From a virus (taxonomy: Duplodnaviria; Heunggongvirae; Uroviricota; Caudoviricetes), in the IMG/VR virus record IMGVR_UViG_2718218135_000003: DNA of 35,116 nucleotides. One strand, 5' to 3'. The translations under genes and the position numbers were made by a program. The notes under the pieces are model-generated. The model saw only the letters and a program-made list of their open reading frames with translations, was not told the origin of the DNA and searched no databases. Shown piece after piece: positions 18,277 through 28,082 of the stretch (position 1 is its first letter; the number at the start of each line of letters is the position of its first letter).

Positions 18277-18702
18277 ATGAAGAAATTATCCCTTTCACTG
18301 ATGCTGAACGTGTCGCTGGCACTGATGCTGGCACTGTCCCTGATTTACCCGCAGAGCGTGGCCGTCAGTTTTGTCGCTGCCTGGGCGATTCTGGCGACGG
18401 TTATCTGTGTGGTTGCCGTTGGTGTCGGCGTGTATGCCACTGAGTATGTGCTGGAACGCTACGGGCGGGAGCTGCTGCCGGAATCGCTGGCCGTGAAGAT
18501 TGTCACGTCGCTGTTTTTGCAGCCGGTGCCGTGGCGCAGGCGGGCGGCGGCTCTGGTAGTGATGGTGGCGACGTTTATCTCGCTGGTCGCTGCCGGGTGG
18601 ATTTTTACCGCGCTGATTTATCTTGTGGCGTCGCTGTTTTTCCGGCTGATACGTAAAGCCTGTCGTCAGCGTCTTGAGGGGCGGGAACTATGTCAAAGCT
18701 GA
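18277..18702 (+). CDS. lysA: LysA (lysis timing; membrane protein)
   Basis: 141 aa, strongly hydrophobic with multiple predicted transmembrane segments; P2 lysA length and position. Confidence 0.75.
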   Translation: MKKLSLSLMLNVSLALMLALSLIYPQSVAVSFVAAWAILATVICVVAVGVGVYATEYVLERYGRELLPESLAVKIVTSLFLQPVPWRRRAAALVVMVATFISLVAAGWIFTALIYLVASLFFRLIRKACRQRLEGRELCQS

Positions 18703-19115
18703 TGATTGTGCTGGTCGTGTTGTTATCGCTGGCGGTGACCGGTCTGTTTCTGGTGAAACACAAAAATGCCAGCCTGCGCGCCTCGCTGGACAGGGCGAAT
18801 AACGTCGCCAGTGAACAGCAGACGACCATCACCATGCTGAAAAATCAGCTTCATGTTGCCATCACCAGGGCAGACAAAAACGAGCTGGCGCAGGTGGCAC
18901 TGCGTCAGGAACTGGAGAACGCGGCGAAGCGTGAAGCACAGCGCGAGAAAACCATCACGAGGTTACTGAATGAAAACGAAGATTTTCGCCGCTGGTACGG
19001 CGCTGGCCTGCCTGATGCTGTGCGCCGGTTGCACCAGCGCCCGGCCTGCACCGACGCCAGTGATTGTCGCCAACGCCTGCCCGAAAGTGAGCCTTTGCCC
19101 GATGCCGGGCAGTGA
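18690..19115 (+). CDS. lysB: LysB (inner-membrane spanin, Rz-like)
   Basis: 141 aa with an N-terminal transmembrane segment and coiled-coil-like region; P2 lysB length. Confidence 0.75.
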   Translation: MSKLMIVLVVLLSLAVTGLFLVKHKNASLRASLDRANNVASEQQTTITMLKNQLHVAITRADKNELAQVALRQELENAAKREAQREKTITRLLNENEDFRRWYGAGLPDAVRRLHQRPACTDASDCRQRLPESEPLPDAGQ

Positions 19116-19260
19116 CCCGGAGACGAACGGCGATTTAAGTGCCGATATCCGACAGCTTGAGAACGCGCTGGCACGCTGTGCCAGCCAGGTAAAAATGATT
19201 AAACACTGTCAGGACGAAAACGATGCTCAAACCCGACAGCCTGCGCAGGGCGCTGACTGA
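18970..19260 (+). CDS. lysC: LysC (outer-membrane lipoprotein spanin, Rz1-like), embedded out of frame in the lysB 3' end
   Basis: 96 aa, signal peptide with lipobox (LCAGC), Pro-rich; starts inside lysB in another frame and runs into R. Confidence 0.7.
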   Translation: MKTKIFAAGTALACLMLCAGCTSARPAPTPVIVANACPKVSLCPMPGSDPETNGDLSADIRQLENALARCASQVKMIKHCQDENDAQTRQPAQGAD

Positions 19261-19690
19261 TGCCGTCACGGTGCTGAAAACCAGTCCCGAGATGCTGCGG
19301 ATATTCGTGGATAACGGGAGTATTGCCTCCACGCTGGCGACGTCGTTGTCATTCGAAAAGCGTTACACGCTCAATGTGATTGTGACCGACTTTACCGGTG
19401 ATTTTGACCTGCTCATCGTGCCGGTGCTGGCGTGGCTGCGGGAAAATCAGCCCGACATCATGACCACCGATGAAGGCCAGAAAAAGGGCTTCACGTTTTA
19501 TGCGGACATCAACAATGACAGCAGCTTTGATATCAGCATCAGCCTGATGCTGACCGAGCGCACGCTGGTCAGTGAGGTGGACGGCGCGCTGCATGTGAAG
19601 AATATCCCGGAACCTCCGCCGCCGGAGCCGGTCAACCGTCCGATGGAGCTGTATATCAATGGCGAACTGGTGAGCAAGTGGGATGAATGA
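19223..19690 (+). CDS. R: Tail completion protein R
   Basis: 155 aa, P2 R length and position. Confidence 0.8.
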   Translation: MLKPDSLRRALTDAVTVLKTSPEMLRIFVDNGSIASTLATSLSFEKRYTLNVIVTDFTGDFDLLIVPVLAWLRENQPDIMTTDEGQKKGFTFYADINNDSSFDISISLMLTERTLVSEVDGALHVKNIPEPPPPEPVNRPMELYINGELVSKWDE

Positions 19691-20141
19691 GTTTAAGCGT
19701 TTTGAAGACCGGCTGACCGGACTGATTGAGTCGCTGTCACCGTCAGGGCGTCGGCGACTGGCGGTAGATATTGCGAAGAAGCTGCGCCAGCGCCAGCAGC
19801 AGCGAATTAAATTACAAAAAGCCCCGGATGGTACGCCGTATGTACCGAGAAAAAACCAACCAGTACGAAATAAGAAAGGCCGGATAAAGCGGGAAATGTT
19901 TGTGAAATTACGCACTAACCGGTTTATGAAAGCAACAGGTAGCGAGAGTGCGGCGGTGGTGGCGTTTGCCAGCGGAGTACAACGAATTGCGCGAGTACAT
20001 CAATTAGGGCTTAGGGATAAGCCGGGGCGTAATAGTGCTGTGGTGGAATATCCTGTTCGTGAGTTATTTGGTTTTGACAAGGAATCTATACAATTGATAG
20101 AAAGGGAGTTATTAGTGATTCTATCGAAAGATGTTATATGA
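19683..20141 (+). CDS. S: Tail completion protein S (3' portion compositionally atypical)
   Basis: 152 aa; N-terminal part matches recalled P2 S (MNEFKRFEDRLTGLIESLSPSGRRR); sequence from about 19850 is AT-richer, like the downstream cargo gene. Confidence 0.7.
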   Translation: MNEFKRFEDRLTGLIESLSPSGRRRLAVDIAKKLRQRQQQRIKLQKAPDGTPYVPRKNQPVRNKKGRIKREMFVKLRTNRFMKATGSESAAVVAFASGVQRIARVHQLGLRDKPGRNSAVVEYPVRELFGFDKESIQLIERELLVILSKDVI

Positions 20142-20893
20142 GACGGGTGTTTGTGGATAAAAAGTTTTCCATTTTGAGAAAAAGAGTAAAGCATTCTCAA
20201 AAGAAAGTTATGGATTGTATTATTGCTGACCATAATGCTGATATATGTGTGTTATGCGGGAGTTCTGACGATATTACTCGTGAGCACATTATTCCTCAGT
20301 GGGCCTTTGAGTCAAATGCTGAAAAATCTTTAATTAATAAAAAGAATAATCAGTCAACTCATTACATTAAAGCCACTGTACCAGCATGCAGAGTGTGCAA
20401 TTCTGATTTGCTGGGAGTGTTTGAGTATAACCTGAAGAAATTTCTTACGGAAAAGAGAGGGGAGGAGTTAACAGATTATGAGTATGATTGCATCATATGG
20501 TGGTTGCAATACATGGGTTTTAAGTTGCAATTAATGGATTTGCGGAACCGCTTTCTCAGGTATAAAGGTGGTGATTATATCCCGTTTCTTGCAAACTTCC
20601 CGGTTGCAATGTTTTGGGGGAATGTCGATACGACGCCGGGGGATGTCTTCAGGATTATACGAAAATCGCGACGCAATCTGATGTCGAAATGGAAGGATAA
20701 AAAACATAATTCTTTGATGGTTTTTGAAACATCAAACAAGAGTTTTCATTTCTTTCATAAGGTTGATGAATTTATTTTTATTGAAATTCCTCAGGTTAAG
20801 AAGGCGTTTTTCTTCTTTTTTAATAAAGAATTTGACAGCCATGATTTAGCTCATGAGGAGTGTATGAAGATTATAGAGAAGTGCTACAACTAA
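20138..20893 (+). CDS. Cargo gene between S and V: putative HNH-family nuclease (CxxC...EHIIP...CxxCN), unknown function
   Basis: 251 aa, strongly AT-rich and Lys/Phe/Asn-rich, unlike flanking tail genes; ICVLCGSSDDITREHIIPQWAFE ... PACRVCNSDL resembles an HNH zinc-finger core; ATG overlaps the S stop (ATGA); no counterpart in P2. Confidence 0.6.
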   Translation: MRRVFVDKKFSILRKRVKHSQKKVMDCIIADHNADICVLCGSSDDITREHIIPQWAFESNAEKSLINKKNNQSTHYIKATVPACRVCNSDLLGVFEYNLKKFLTEKRGEELTDYEYDCIIWWLQYMGFKLQLMDLRNRFLRYKGGDYIPFLANFPVAMFWGNVDTTPGDVFRIIRKSRRNLMSKWKDKKHNSLMVFETSNKSFHFFHKVDEFIFIEIPQVKKAFFFFFNKEFDSHDLAHEECMKIIEKCYN

Positions 20894-20970
20894 TATTTGT
20901 TATGTTGTGTCACAGCTGACAGAACCCTCCATGATTGCTGCTGGTATCGTCCAGCGGCATCCTTCCCGTT

Positions 20971-21606
20971 ATGAACACTCTCGCAAATATTCAGGAACTC
21001 GCGCGCGCACTGCGCAATATGATTCGCACCGGCGTTATCGTCGAAACCGACCTTAACGCCGGTCGCTGCCGTGTGCAGACCGGCGGCATGTGCACCGACT
21101 GGCTTCAGTGGTTGACCCATCGTGCCGGGCGTTCGCGTACATGGTGGGCACCTTCCGTGGGGGAACAGGTGCTGATTCTGGCCGTGGGCGGTGAACTTGA
21201 CACGGCGTTTGTTCTGCCGGGGATTTATTCCGGTGATAACCCCGCGCCGTCTGCGTCGGCGGATGCCCTGTATATCCGTTTCCCTGACGGGGCGGTGATT
21301 GAGTATGAACCCGAAACCAGTGCACTCATGGTAAGCGGAATTAAAACGGCCAGCGTGACGGCTTCTGATTCTGTTACTGCCACGGTGCCGGTGGTCATGG
21401 TGAAAGCATCAACCCGCATCACCATGGACGCACCGGAGGTGGTCTGCACCAACAGGCTGATTACCGACACGCTGGAAGTGCAGAAGGGCGGGACGATGCG
21501 CGGCAACATTGAACACACCGGCGGTGAACTCTCATCAAACGGTAAGGTACTGCATACCCATAAACACCCCGGCGACAGCGGCGGCACAACCGGGAGTCCT
21601 CTATGA
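20971..21606 (+). CDS. V: Baseplate spike protein V
   Basis: 211 aa from MNTLANIQELARALRNMIRTG, matching recalled P2 V; the track ORF begins at an upstream TTG. Confidence 0.85.
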   Translation: MNTLANIQELARALRNMIRTGVIVETDLNAGRCRVQTGGMCTDWLQWLTHRAGRSRTWWAPSVGEQVLILAVGGELDTAFVLPGIYSGDNPAPSASADALYIRFPDGAVIEYEPETSALMVSGIKTASVTASDSVTATVPVVMVKASTRITMDAPEVVCTNRLITDTLEVQKGGTMRGNIEHTGGELSSNGKVLHTHKHPGDSGGTTGSPL

Positions 21607-21950
21607 CAGCGCGTTATCTCGGAATGAATCGCAGTGATGGCCTGACTGTCACTGACCTTGAGCATATCAGCCAGAGTATCGGCGATATCCTGCGCACACC
21701 GGTCGGCTCACGGGTGATGCGTCGTGATTACGGCTCGTTGCTGGCGTCAATGATTGACCAGCCGCAGACCCCGGCGCTTGAGTTGCAGATTAAGGTCGCC
21801 TGTTACATGGCCGTGCTGAAATGGGAACCCCGCGTCACCCTGTCATCCGTCACCACGGCGCGCAGTTTTGACGGGCGAATGACGGTCACGTTAACCGGCC
21901 AGCACAACGACACCGGCCAGCCACTTTCGTTAACCATCCCTGTGAGTTGA
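21603..21950 (+). CDS. W: Baseplate protein W
   Basis: 115 aa, P2 W length and position (GPW/gp25-like). Confidence 0.8.
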   Translation: MTARYLGMNRSDGLTVTDLEHISQSIGDILRTPVGSRVMRRDYGSLLASMIDQPQTPALELQIKVACYMAVLKWEPRVTLSSVTTARSFDGRMTVTLTGQHNDTGQPLSLTIPVS

Positions 21951-21954
21951 AACC

Positions 21955-22863
21955 ATGCCGATTATCGACCTGAACCAGCTACCCGCACCGGATGTGGTCG
22001 AGGAGCTGGACTTTGAAACCATTCTTGCCGAACGCAAGGCGACACTGATTTCCCTTTACCCGGAAGACCAGCAGGAGGCGGTCGCCCGTACCCTGACGCT
22101 GGAATCTGAGCCTCTCGTCAAACTGCTGGAGGAAAATGCTTATCGTGAGCTTATCTGGCGTCAGCGTGTGAATGAGGCTGCACGGGCGGTGATGCTGGCC
22201 TGTGCCGCCGGTAATGACCTTGATGTGATTGGTGCCAATTACAACACCACACGCCTGATTATCACCCCGGCAGATGATTCGACCCTCCCGCCGACACCGG
22301 CCGTGATGGAATCTGACACCGATTATCGTCTGCGTATTCAGCAGGCGTTTGAAGGTTTAAGCGTCGCCGGGTCGGTGGGGGCCTATCAGTATCATGGTCG
22401 AAGTGCCGACGGGCGTGTCGCAGATATCTCTGTCACCAGTCCTTCTCCGGCCTGCGTCACCATCTCTGTGCTGTCACGTGAAAATAACGGTGTGGCATCC
22501 GAAGACCTGCTGGCGGTGGTGCGCAACGCCCTTAATGGTGAGGACGTCAGACCGGTGGCCGACCGTGTGACCGTGCAGTCTGCCGTCATCGTTGAATACC
22601 AGATAAATGCCACGCTTTACCTTTACCCTGGCCCCGAAAGCGAACCCATTCGCGCTGCCGCCGTGAAAAAACTGGAAGCGTATATCACGGCACAGCACCG
22701 GCTGGGGCGCGACATCCGACTGTCTGCCATTTATGCCGCTTTGCATGTGGAAGGCGTGCAGCGTGTCGAACTGGCTGCACCGCTGGCCGACATCGTGCTC
22801 AACAATACGCAGGCGTCTTTCTGTACCGAATACAGCGTCGTGACCGGAGGCTCGGATGAGTGA
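21955..22863 (+). CDS. J: Baseplate protein J
   Basis: 302 aa, P2 J length and position. Confidence 0.85.
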   Translation: MPIIDLNQLPAPDVVEELDFETILAERKATLISLYPEDQQEAVARTLTLESEPLVKLLEENAYRELIWRQRVNEAARAVMLACAAGNDLDVIGANYNTTRLIITPADDSTLPPTPAVMESDTDYRLRIQQAFEGLSVAGSVGAYQYHGRSADGRVADISVTSPSPACVTISVLSRENNGVASEDLLAVVRNALNGEDVRPVADRVTVQSAVIVEYQINATLYLYPGPESEPIRAAAVKKLEAYITAQHRLGRDIRLSAIYAALHVEGVQRVELAAPLADIVLNNTQASFCTEYSVVTGGSDE

Positions 22864-23467
22864 TTCGCGACTGCTGCCGACCGGCTCATCACCGCTTGAA
22901 GTCGCTGCCGCAAAAGCCTGTGCGGAAATTGAAAAAACGCCGGTCAGTATTCGTGAGCTGTGGAACCCGGACACCTGCCCGGCAAATCTGCTGCCGTGGC
23001 TGGCGTGGTCATTTTCGGTTGACCGCTGGGATGATAAGTGGCCGGAAGCGACAAAACGCGCTGTTATCCGCGATGCGTATTTCATTCACTGCCATAAGGG
23101 CACTATAGGCGCAATCCGGCGTGTGGTGGAGCCGCTCGGCTATCTGATTGAGGTGAGGGAGTGGTGGCAGCTCAACGAGGAGCCGGGGACGTTCCGCATC
23201 GTTGTTGGCGTGCTTGAGCAGGGTATTACCGAGGAAATGTATCAGGAGCTGGAGCGCCTCGTTGCTGATGCAAAACCGGCAAGCCGCCATCTGACGGGAC
23301 TGGCTATCAGTTTAAGTACAACCGGCAACATTTTTGCCGGTGCGGGATGCTATCACGGTGACGCCCTGACGGTTTATCCCTACACCCCGGAGGCCATTAT
23401 TGTCGGAGGGGATTATTTCCCGGCCTCGGCCATTCATTTAATTGATAACCTGAGAGTAAACGCATGA
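22856..23467 (+). CDS. I: Baseplate protein I
   Basis: 203 aa in the P2 I position between J and H. Confidence 0.75.
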   Translation: MSDSRLLPTGSSPLEVAAAKACAEIEKTPVSIRELWNPDTCPANLLPWLAWSFSVDRWDDKWPEATKRAVIRDAYFIHCHKGTIGAIRRVVEPLGYLIEVREWWQLNEEPGTFRIVVGVLEQGITEEMYQELERLVADAKPASRHLTGLAISLSTTGNIFAGAGCYHGDALTVYPYTPEAIIVGGDYFPASAIHLIDNLRVNA

Positions 23468-24642
23468 CAGTGAAATACTACGCCATTCTGACTAATCAGG
23501 GCGCAGCACGGCTGGCTAACGCGACGATGCTCGGCAGTAAGCTGAATCTGACGCAAATGGCCGTTGGTGATGCGAATGGTGTCTTGCCGACACCAGACCC
23601 GGCACAGACAAAACTGATTAACCAGAAACGCATCGCGCCGCTGAATCTTCTGAGTGTTGACCCGAACAACCAGAGCCAGATTATTGCGGAGCAAATCATC
23701 CCTGAGAACGAGGGCGGATTCTGGATCCGTGAGATTGGGCTTTATGATGATGAAGGCGTACTCATTGCGGTGGCGAACTGCCCGGAAACGTACAAACCGC
23801 AGTTGCAGGAAGGCAGTGGTCGTACCCAGACTATCCGCATGATTCTGGTTGTCACGAATACCGAAGCTATTACGCTGAAAATCGACCCGTCGGTGGTACT
23901 GGCGACCCGTAAATACGTGGATGATGAAGTCCTGGAATTAAGGCTGTATGTGGATGACCAGATGAGAAACCACATTGCCGCACAGGATCCTCATACCCAG
24001 TATGCACAGAAATATAATCCGACATTTACCGGAGAACCAAAAGCGCCGACGCCTGCCGCAGGGAATAACACCACGCGGATTGCGACCACTGAGTTTGTTC
24101 AGGCCGCTATTACCGCTCTGATTAACGGTGCGCCAGCCACGCTGGACACACTGAAAGAAATTGCCGCAGCCATTAACAATGACCCGAAATTCAGTACCAC
24201 CATTAACAATGCGCTGTCAGGTAAGCAGCCACTGGATGAGACGCTGACTCATTTGAGTGGAAAGGATGTTGCCGGTCTTCTCGCATACCTTGGTTTGGGA
24301 GAAGCGGCTAAAAGGAATGTAGGGACAGGGGCGAATCAGATACCTGATATGGGTAGCTTCACGCTTTCTGTTTCAGGTACTGGATATCAAAAATTACCAT
24401 CAGGTTTTATTCTTCAGTGGGGCTCAATCGGCGCACCAGGCATTGCACAGGATGTAGTAACCCATTTTCCGATTGCATTTCCAAACAGATGTCTGCGTGT
24501 TTTGGTCTCACAAGACTACACACCAGATAGCGGGGCTGTTGGTTATATTGCCTGCGCAGGTTTTAGTGCCGACCCGGTTAAATTTATATCCAGAGCCAGT
24601 ACTCCTGGCCTCGGCGCTTCATTTTTAGCGTTAGGCTGTTAA
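23464..24642 (+). CDS. H: Tail fibre protein H (constant N-terminal part plus currently expressed variable C-terminal segment)
   Basis: 392 aa; N-terminus resembles the conserved tail-fibre N-termini of P2 H / Mu S / P1 S; a crossover site lies in-frame at 24278-24303. Confidence 0.8.
   Translation: MTVKYYAILTNQGAARLANATMLGSKLNLTQMAVGDANGVLPTPDPAQTKLINQKRIAPLNLLSVDPNNQSQIIAEQIIPENEGGFWIREIGLYDDEGVLIAVANCPETYKPQLQEGSGRTQTIRMILVVTNTEAITLKIDPSVVLATRKYVDDEVLELRLYVDDQMRNHIAAQDPHTQYAQKYNPTFTGEPKAPTPAAGNNTTRIATTEFVQAAITALINGAPATLDTLKEIAAAINNDPKFSTTINNALSGKQPLDETLTHLSGKDVAGLLAYLGLGEAAKRNVGTGANQIPDMGSFTLSVSGTGYQKLPSGFILQWGSIGAPGIAQDVVTHFPIAFPNRCLRVLVSQDYTPDSGAVGYIACAGFSADPVKFISRASTPGLGASFLALGC
24278..24303. 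repeat. 26-bp recombination (crossover) site, left boundary of invertible tail-fibre segment
   Basis: TTCTCGCATACCTTGGTTTGGGAGAA; its right 14 bp are the exact inverted copy of the partner at 26146-26171; imperfect palindrome resembling hix/gix/cix sites. Confidence 0.7.
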
Positions 24643-24663
24643 TTTAGCTATATGGAGTGAAAA

Positions 24664-25104
24664 ATGAATTACATATATTCCGCGACTACAAACTCTTTCT
24701 ATCCGCTGGAGATGAAAGAGGATTACACTCAAGCTGACTCATGGCCAGATGATGCTGTTGAAGTTGATGAGCAAGCGTATATTGAGTTTTCCGGATTACC
24801 GCCGAAAGGAAAAATCCGTATCGCTGGAGAAAATGGTTTTCCTGCATGGTCCGAAATTCCACCACCAACACATGAGGAACAAATTGCTGCAGCCGAACTG
24901 GAGAAGCAGCAATTGATTAATCAGGCCAACGATTATATGAACAGTAAACAATGGCCTGGTAAAGCGGCTATTGGTCGTCTGAAAGGTGACGAACTGGCGC
25001 AATATAATTTGTGGCTGGATTACCTGGACGCACTGGAACTGGTCGATACTTCCGGTGCGCCAGATATTGAATGGCCTACGCCTCCGGCAGTTCAGGCCAG
25101 ATGA
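24664..25104 (+). CDS. G: Tail fibre assembly protein G (chaperone for the expressed fibre variant)
   Basis: 146 aa directly after H; P2 G position; conserved C-terminal region of tail-fibre assembly proteins. Confidence 0.75.
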   Translation: MNYIYSATTNSFYPLEMKEDYTQADSWPDDAVEVDEQAYIEFSGLPPKGKIRIAGENGFPAWSEIPPPTHEEQIAAAELEKQQLINQANDYMNSKQWPGKAAIGRLKGDELAQYNLWLDYLDALELVDTSGAPDIEWPTPPAVQAR

Positions 25105-25678
25105 CATCCGGCGCGGTGCTCGTATCTGTTGCCGTCACCGCGTCAATGTAATCCAGCACAGCGTTAAGTCGGGTGGTTTCTGCCTGCGTCAGCTTCCGCC
25201 CGGCCTGCAATTTCAGTTGAATCAGACTGATGGAAGCCATTGCAGTATCAATCAGTGACTGACGCAGTGCTTCTGCCGCGTCTACTGCGGCGCTATGCTG
25301 TGCCTCAGTATCGGTCACCCATTTCTTACCATCCCATTTATCGAATGGCGTTAACGGGGCGATAGTGGTTGTATTTTCAGGATAATCACCCGGAGCTGTG
25401 ATTTCTTTGGCGTCTCCCGTTTCGGTGTTATAGACGATTTCACCGCGATGGTCTGGCACATATTCCCATGAGTTTAAATCCATCGAACGGCAGATAGCAT
25501 AACCCGCCTTATGTATACCAGGTTCATCCAGACAGGAATATGCAGGGATACCGACACCAATGGCAAGATATTCATTTGAAGTAGAAATATATTCCCGAGT
25601 TTTACCATCATAGTTATAGACGGTAATATTCCCCGCCTTCGTGGCAATAAGCTCGCTATTTAATACGGCGTTATCCAT
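25076..25678 (-). CDS. Alternative tail fibre assembly protein (G') in the silent orientation
   Basis: 200 aa on the opposite strand inside the invertible segment; tail-fibre-assembly-like C-terminus; start overlaps the stop of the alternative fibre segment. Confidence 0.65.
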   Translation of the reverse strand: MDNAVLNSELIATKAGNITVYNYDGKTREYISTSNEYLAIGVGIPAYSCLDEPGIHKAGYAICRSMDLNSWEYVPDHRGEIVYNTETGDAKEITAPGDYPENTTTIAPLTPFDKWDGKKWVTDTEAQHSAAVDAAEALRQSLIDTAMASISLIQLKLQAGRKLTQAETTRLNAVLDYIDAVTATDTSTAPDVIWPELPEA

Positions 25679-26160
25679 TATGCAGCCCTCACGATATAGT
25701 TAAATGCAATATTTCGTGGACGGGTTTCACTCCCGCCAGTATTACCGATACTCCCTCGTGAATGAAGTGTCGGTGATGGGATCAGACTCCCTCCTGTATT
25801 TGCGGCATCAAGTCCCCGTCCTTGTGTGTATGTCTTTTTGAAAATCGTAGCCAGTTCCCATTCATCTTTTGTGTCGTAACCATCATTGGCAACAACAATA
25901 TGGCGGTGTTTTTCCAGCATCCCTGTCTGAATGCTCAATAAAACACGTCCTGCATCAATACCGCGCCCGTCATCCCAGCCACGAATAAACTCACCACGTA
26001 AATCAGGCAATTTATTTGTCGGATAAGCCTTTGCCAGTTCCGGGTATTCTTCAGCAGAAAAAGCCGCACCGTTGCATTTCAGCCAGCCTGTTGGCGGTGT
26101 GGCTGAAGGCCATGGAACAGGCACACCAACAGGTAATGCAGAGCCTTCTCCCAAACCAAC
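25678..26160 (-). CDS. Alternative tail-fibre C-terminal segment (Hv'), no own start; fused in-frame to H only after inversion
   Basis: Minus-strand frame reads ...LGLGE-GSALPVGVPVPWPSATPPTGWLKCNGAAFSAEEYPELAKAYP..., a motif typical of Mu S / P1 S / lambda Stf receptor-binding ends; the shared LGLGE codons lie in the crossover site. Confidence 0.6.
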   Translation of the reverse strand, partial: VGLGEGSALPVGVPVPWPSATPPTGWLKCNGAAFSAEEYPELAKAYPTNKLPDLRGEFIRGWDDGRGIDAGRVLLSIQTGMLEKHRHIVVANDGYDTKDEWELATIFKKTYTQGRGLDAANTGGSLIPSPTLHSRGSIGNTGGSETRPRNIAFNYIVRAA

Positions 26161-26171
26161 GTTTATGAAAA
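26146..26171. repeat. 26-bp recombination (crossover) site, right boundary of invertible segment
   Basis: TTCTCCCAAACCAACGTTTATGAAAA, closely similar to the hixL sequence as I recall it; inverted partner of 24278-24303. Confidence 0.7.
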
Positions 26172-26226
26172 TGCAGAGATAACGGGCAACTGGCATCATC
26201 TCCGGTTTTTATTCAGGGGGATGCTC

Positions 26227-26820
26227 ATGCTTATTGGCTATGTACGCGTGTCAACAAATGACCAGAACACGGAATTGCAGCGTAACGCGCTGGAGTGCGC
26301 AGGATGCGAGCGGATTTTTGAGGATAAAATCAGCGGCACGAAGTCCGACCGACCGGGACTGAAAAAACTGCTCAGAACATTATCAGCAGGTGACACTCTG
26401 GTAGTCTGGAAGCTGGACCGGCTGGGGCGTAGTATGCGGCATCTGGTCATTCTGGTTGAGGAGCTGCGCGAACGCGGCGTTAATTTTCGCAGCCTGACAG
26501 ATGCTATTGATACCAGCACGCCGATGGGGCGTTTTTTCTTTCATGTGATGGGTGCCCTGGCTGAAATGGAGCGAGAACTCATTGTCGAGCGGACACGCGC
26601 TGGACTGGAAGTGGCCAGAGCCAAAGGGCGTATTGGTGGCAGACGTCCGAAGCTCACCGGGAGTGAGTGGGAGCAGGCCGGGCGGTTGCTGGCTGCGGGG
26701 GAATCTCGTCAACGTGTGGCGCTGATTTTTGATATTGGCCTGTCCACGCTCTATAAAAAATTCCCCTCATCAGCGACAAAGAATAAATTGTGTCATCCCT
26801 TAGCCAACCGGGACAAATAG
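26227..26820 (+). CDS. pin: Site-specific DNA invertase (serine recombinase, Pin/Gin/Cin/Hin family)
   Basis: MLIGYVRVSTNDQNTELQRNALECAGCERIFEDKISGT...VVWKLDRLGRSM... matches recalled Pin/Gin; start at 26227 is 6 nt after a GGGGG ribosome-binding site. Confidence 0.85.
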   Translation: MLIGYVRVSTNDQNTELQRNALECAGCERIFEDKISGTKSDRPGLKKLLRTLSAGDTLVVWKLDRLGRSMRHLVILVEELRERGVNFRSLTDAIDTSTPMGRFFFHVMGALAEMERELIVERTRAGLEVARAKGRIGGRRPKLTGSEWEQAGRLLAAGESRQRVALIFDIGLSTLYKKFPSSATKNKLCHPLANRDK

Positions 26821-26879
26821 CCTGACATCTCCGGCACAACTGAAAATACCACTCACCCATTAACCACGGAGTTAAACGG

Positions 26880-28070
26880 ATGAGTGACTATCATCACGGC
26901 GTGCAGGTGCTGGAGATTAACGACGGCACCCGCGTCATTTCCACCGTATCCACTGCCATTGTCGGCATGGTCTGCACGGCCAGCGATGCGGATGCGGAAA
27001 CCTTCCCCCTCAATAAACCTGTACTGATTACCAATGTGCAGAGCGCAATTGCAAAGGCCGGTAAAAAAGGCACGCTGGCAGCATCGTTGCAGGCCATCGC
27101 TGACCAGTCAAAACCGGTCACCGTTGTCGTGCGTGTGGAAGACGGCACCGGCGACGACGAAGAAACGAAACTCGCGCAGACCGTTTCCAATATCATCGGC
27201 ACCACCGACGAAAACGGTCAGTACACCGGACTGAAAGCCCTGCTGGCGGCGGAGTCGGTTACCGGTGTTAAACCGCGTATTCTTGGTGTGCCGGGACTGG
27301 ACACCAAAGAGGTGGCGGTTGCACTGGCATCCGTCTGTCAGAAGCTGCGCGCTTTCGGGTATATCAGCGCATGGGGCTGTAAAACCATTTCCGAGGTGAA
27401 AGCCTACCGCCAGAATTTCAGCCAGCGTGAGCTGATGGTCATCTGGCCGGATTTCCTCGCATGGGATACGGTCACCAGTACCACCGCCACCGCGTATGCC
27501 ACCGCCCGTGCGCTGGGTCTGCGTGCCAAAATCGACCAGGAGCAGGGCTGGCATAAAACGCTGTCCAACGTCGGGGTGAACGGTGTTACCGGCATCAGCG
27601 CATCTGTATTCTGGGATTTGCAGGAGTCCGGCACCGATGCTGACCTGCTTAACGAGTCAGGCGTCACAACGCTGATTCGCCGTGACGGTTTCCGCTTCTG
27701 GGGTAACCGTACCTGCTCTGATGACCCGCTGTTCCTCTTTGAAAACTACACCCGCACCGCGCAGGTGCTGGCCGACACGATGGCTGAGGCGCATATGTGG
27801 GCGGTGGACAAGCCTATCACCGCAACGCTGATTCGCGACATCGTTGACGGCATCAATGCCAAATTCCGTGAGCTGAAAACAAACGGCTATATCGTGGATG
27901 CGACCTGCTGGTTCAGCGAAGAATCCAACGATGCGGAAACCCTTAAGGCCGGAAAACTGTATATCGACTACGACTATACCCCGGTGCCTCCTCTTGAAAA
28001 CCTGACCCTGCGCCAGCGTATTACCGATAAATACCTGGCAAATCTGGTCACCTCGGTTAACAGCAATTAA
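26880..28070 (+). CDS. FI: Tail sheath protein FI
   Basis: 396 aa, P2 FI length and position. Confidence 0.85.
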   Translation: MSDYHHGVQVLEINDGTRVISTVSTAIVGMVCTASDADAETFPLNKPVLITNVQSAIAKAGKKGTLAASLQAIADQSKPVTVVVRVEDGTGDDEETKLAQTVSNIIGTTDENGQYTGLKALLAAESVTGVKPRILGVPGLDTKEVAVALASVCQKLRAFGYISAWGCKTISEVKAYRQNFSQRELMVIWPDFLAWDTVTSTTATAYATARALGLRAKIDQEQGWHKTLSNVGVNGVTGISASVFWDLQESGTDADLLNESGVTTLIRRDGFRFWGNRTCSDDPLFLFENYTRTAQVLADTMAEAHMWAVDKPITATLIRDIVDGINAKFRELKTNGYIVDATCWFSEESNDAETLKAGKLYIDYDYTPVPPLENLTLRQRITDKYLANLVTSVNSN

Positions 28071-28082
28071 GGAGCCTGACCG

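Noticed and set aside
20935-20970. Longer V protein starting at 20935 (MLLVSSSGILPV...)
   Set aside because: Position 20935 is TTG, and the P2-like V N-terminus (MNTLANIQ) begins at the ATG at 20971; the extension would cover the candidate late promoter.
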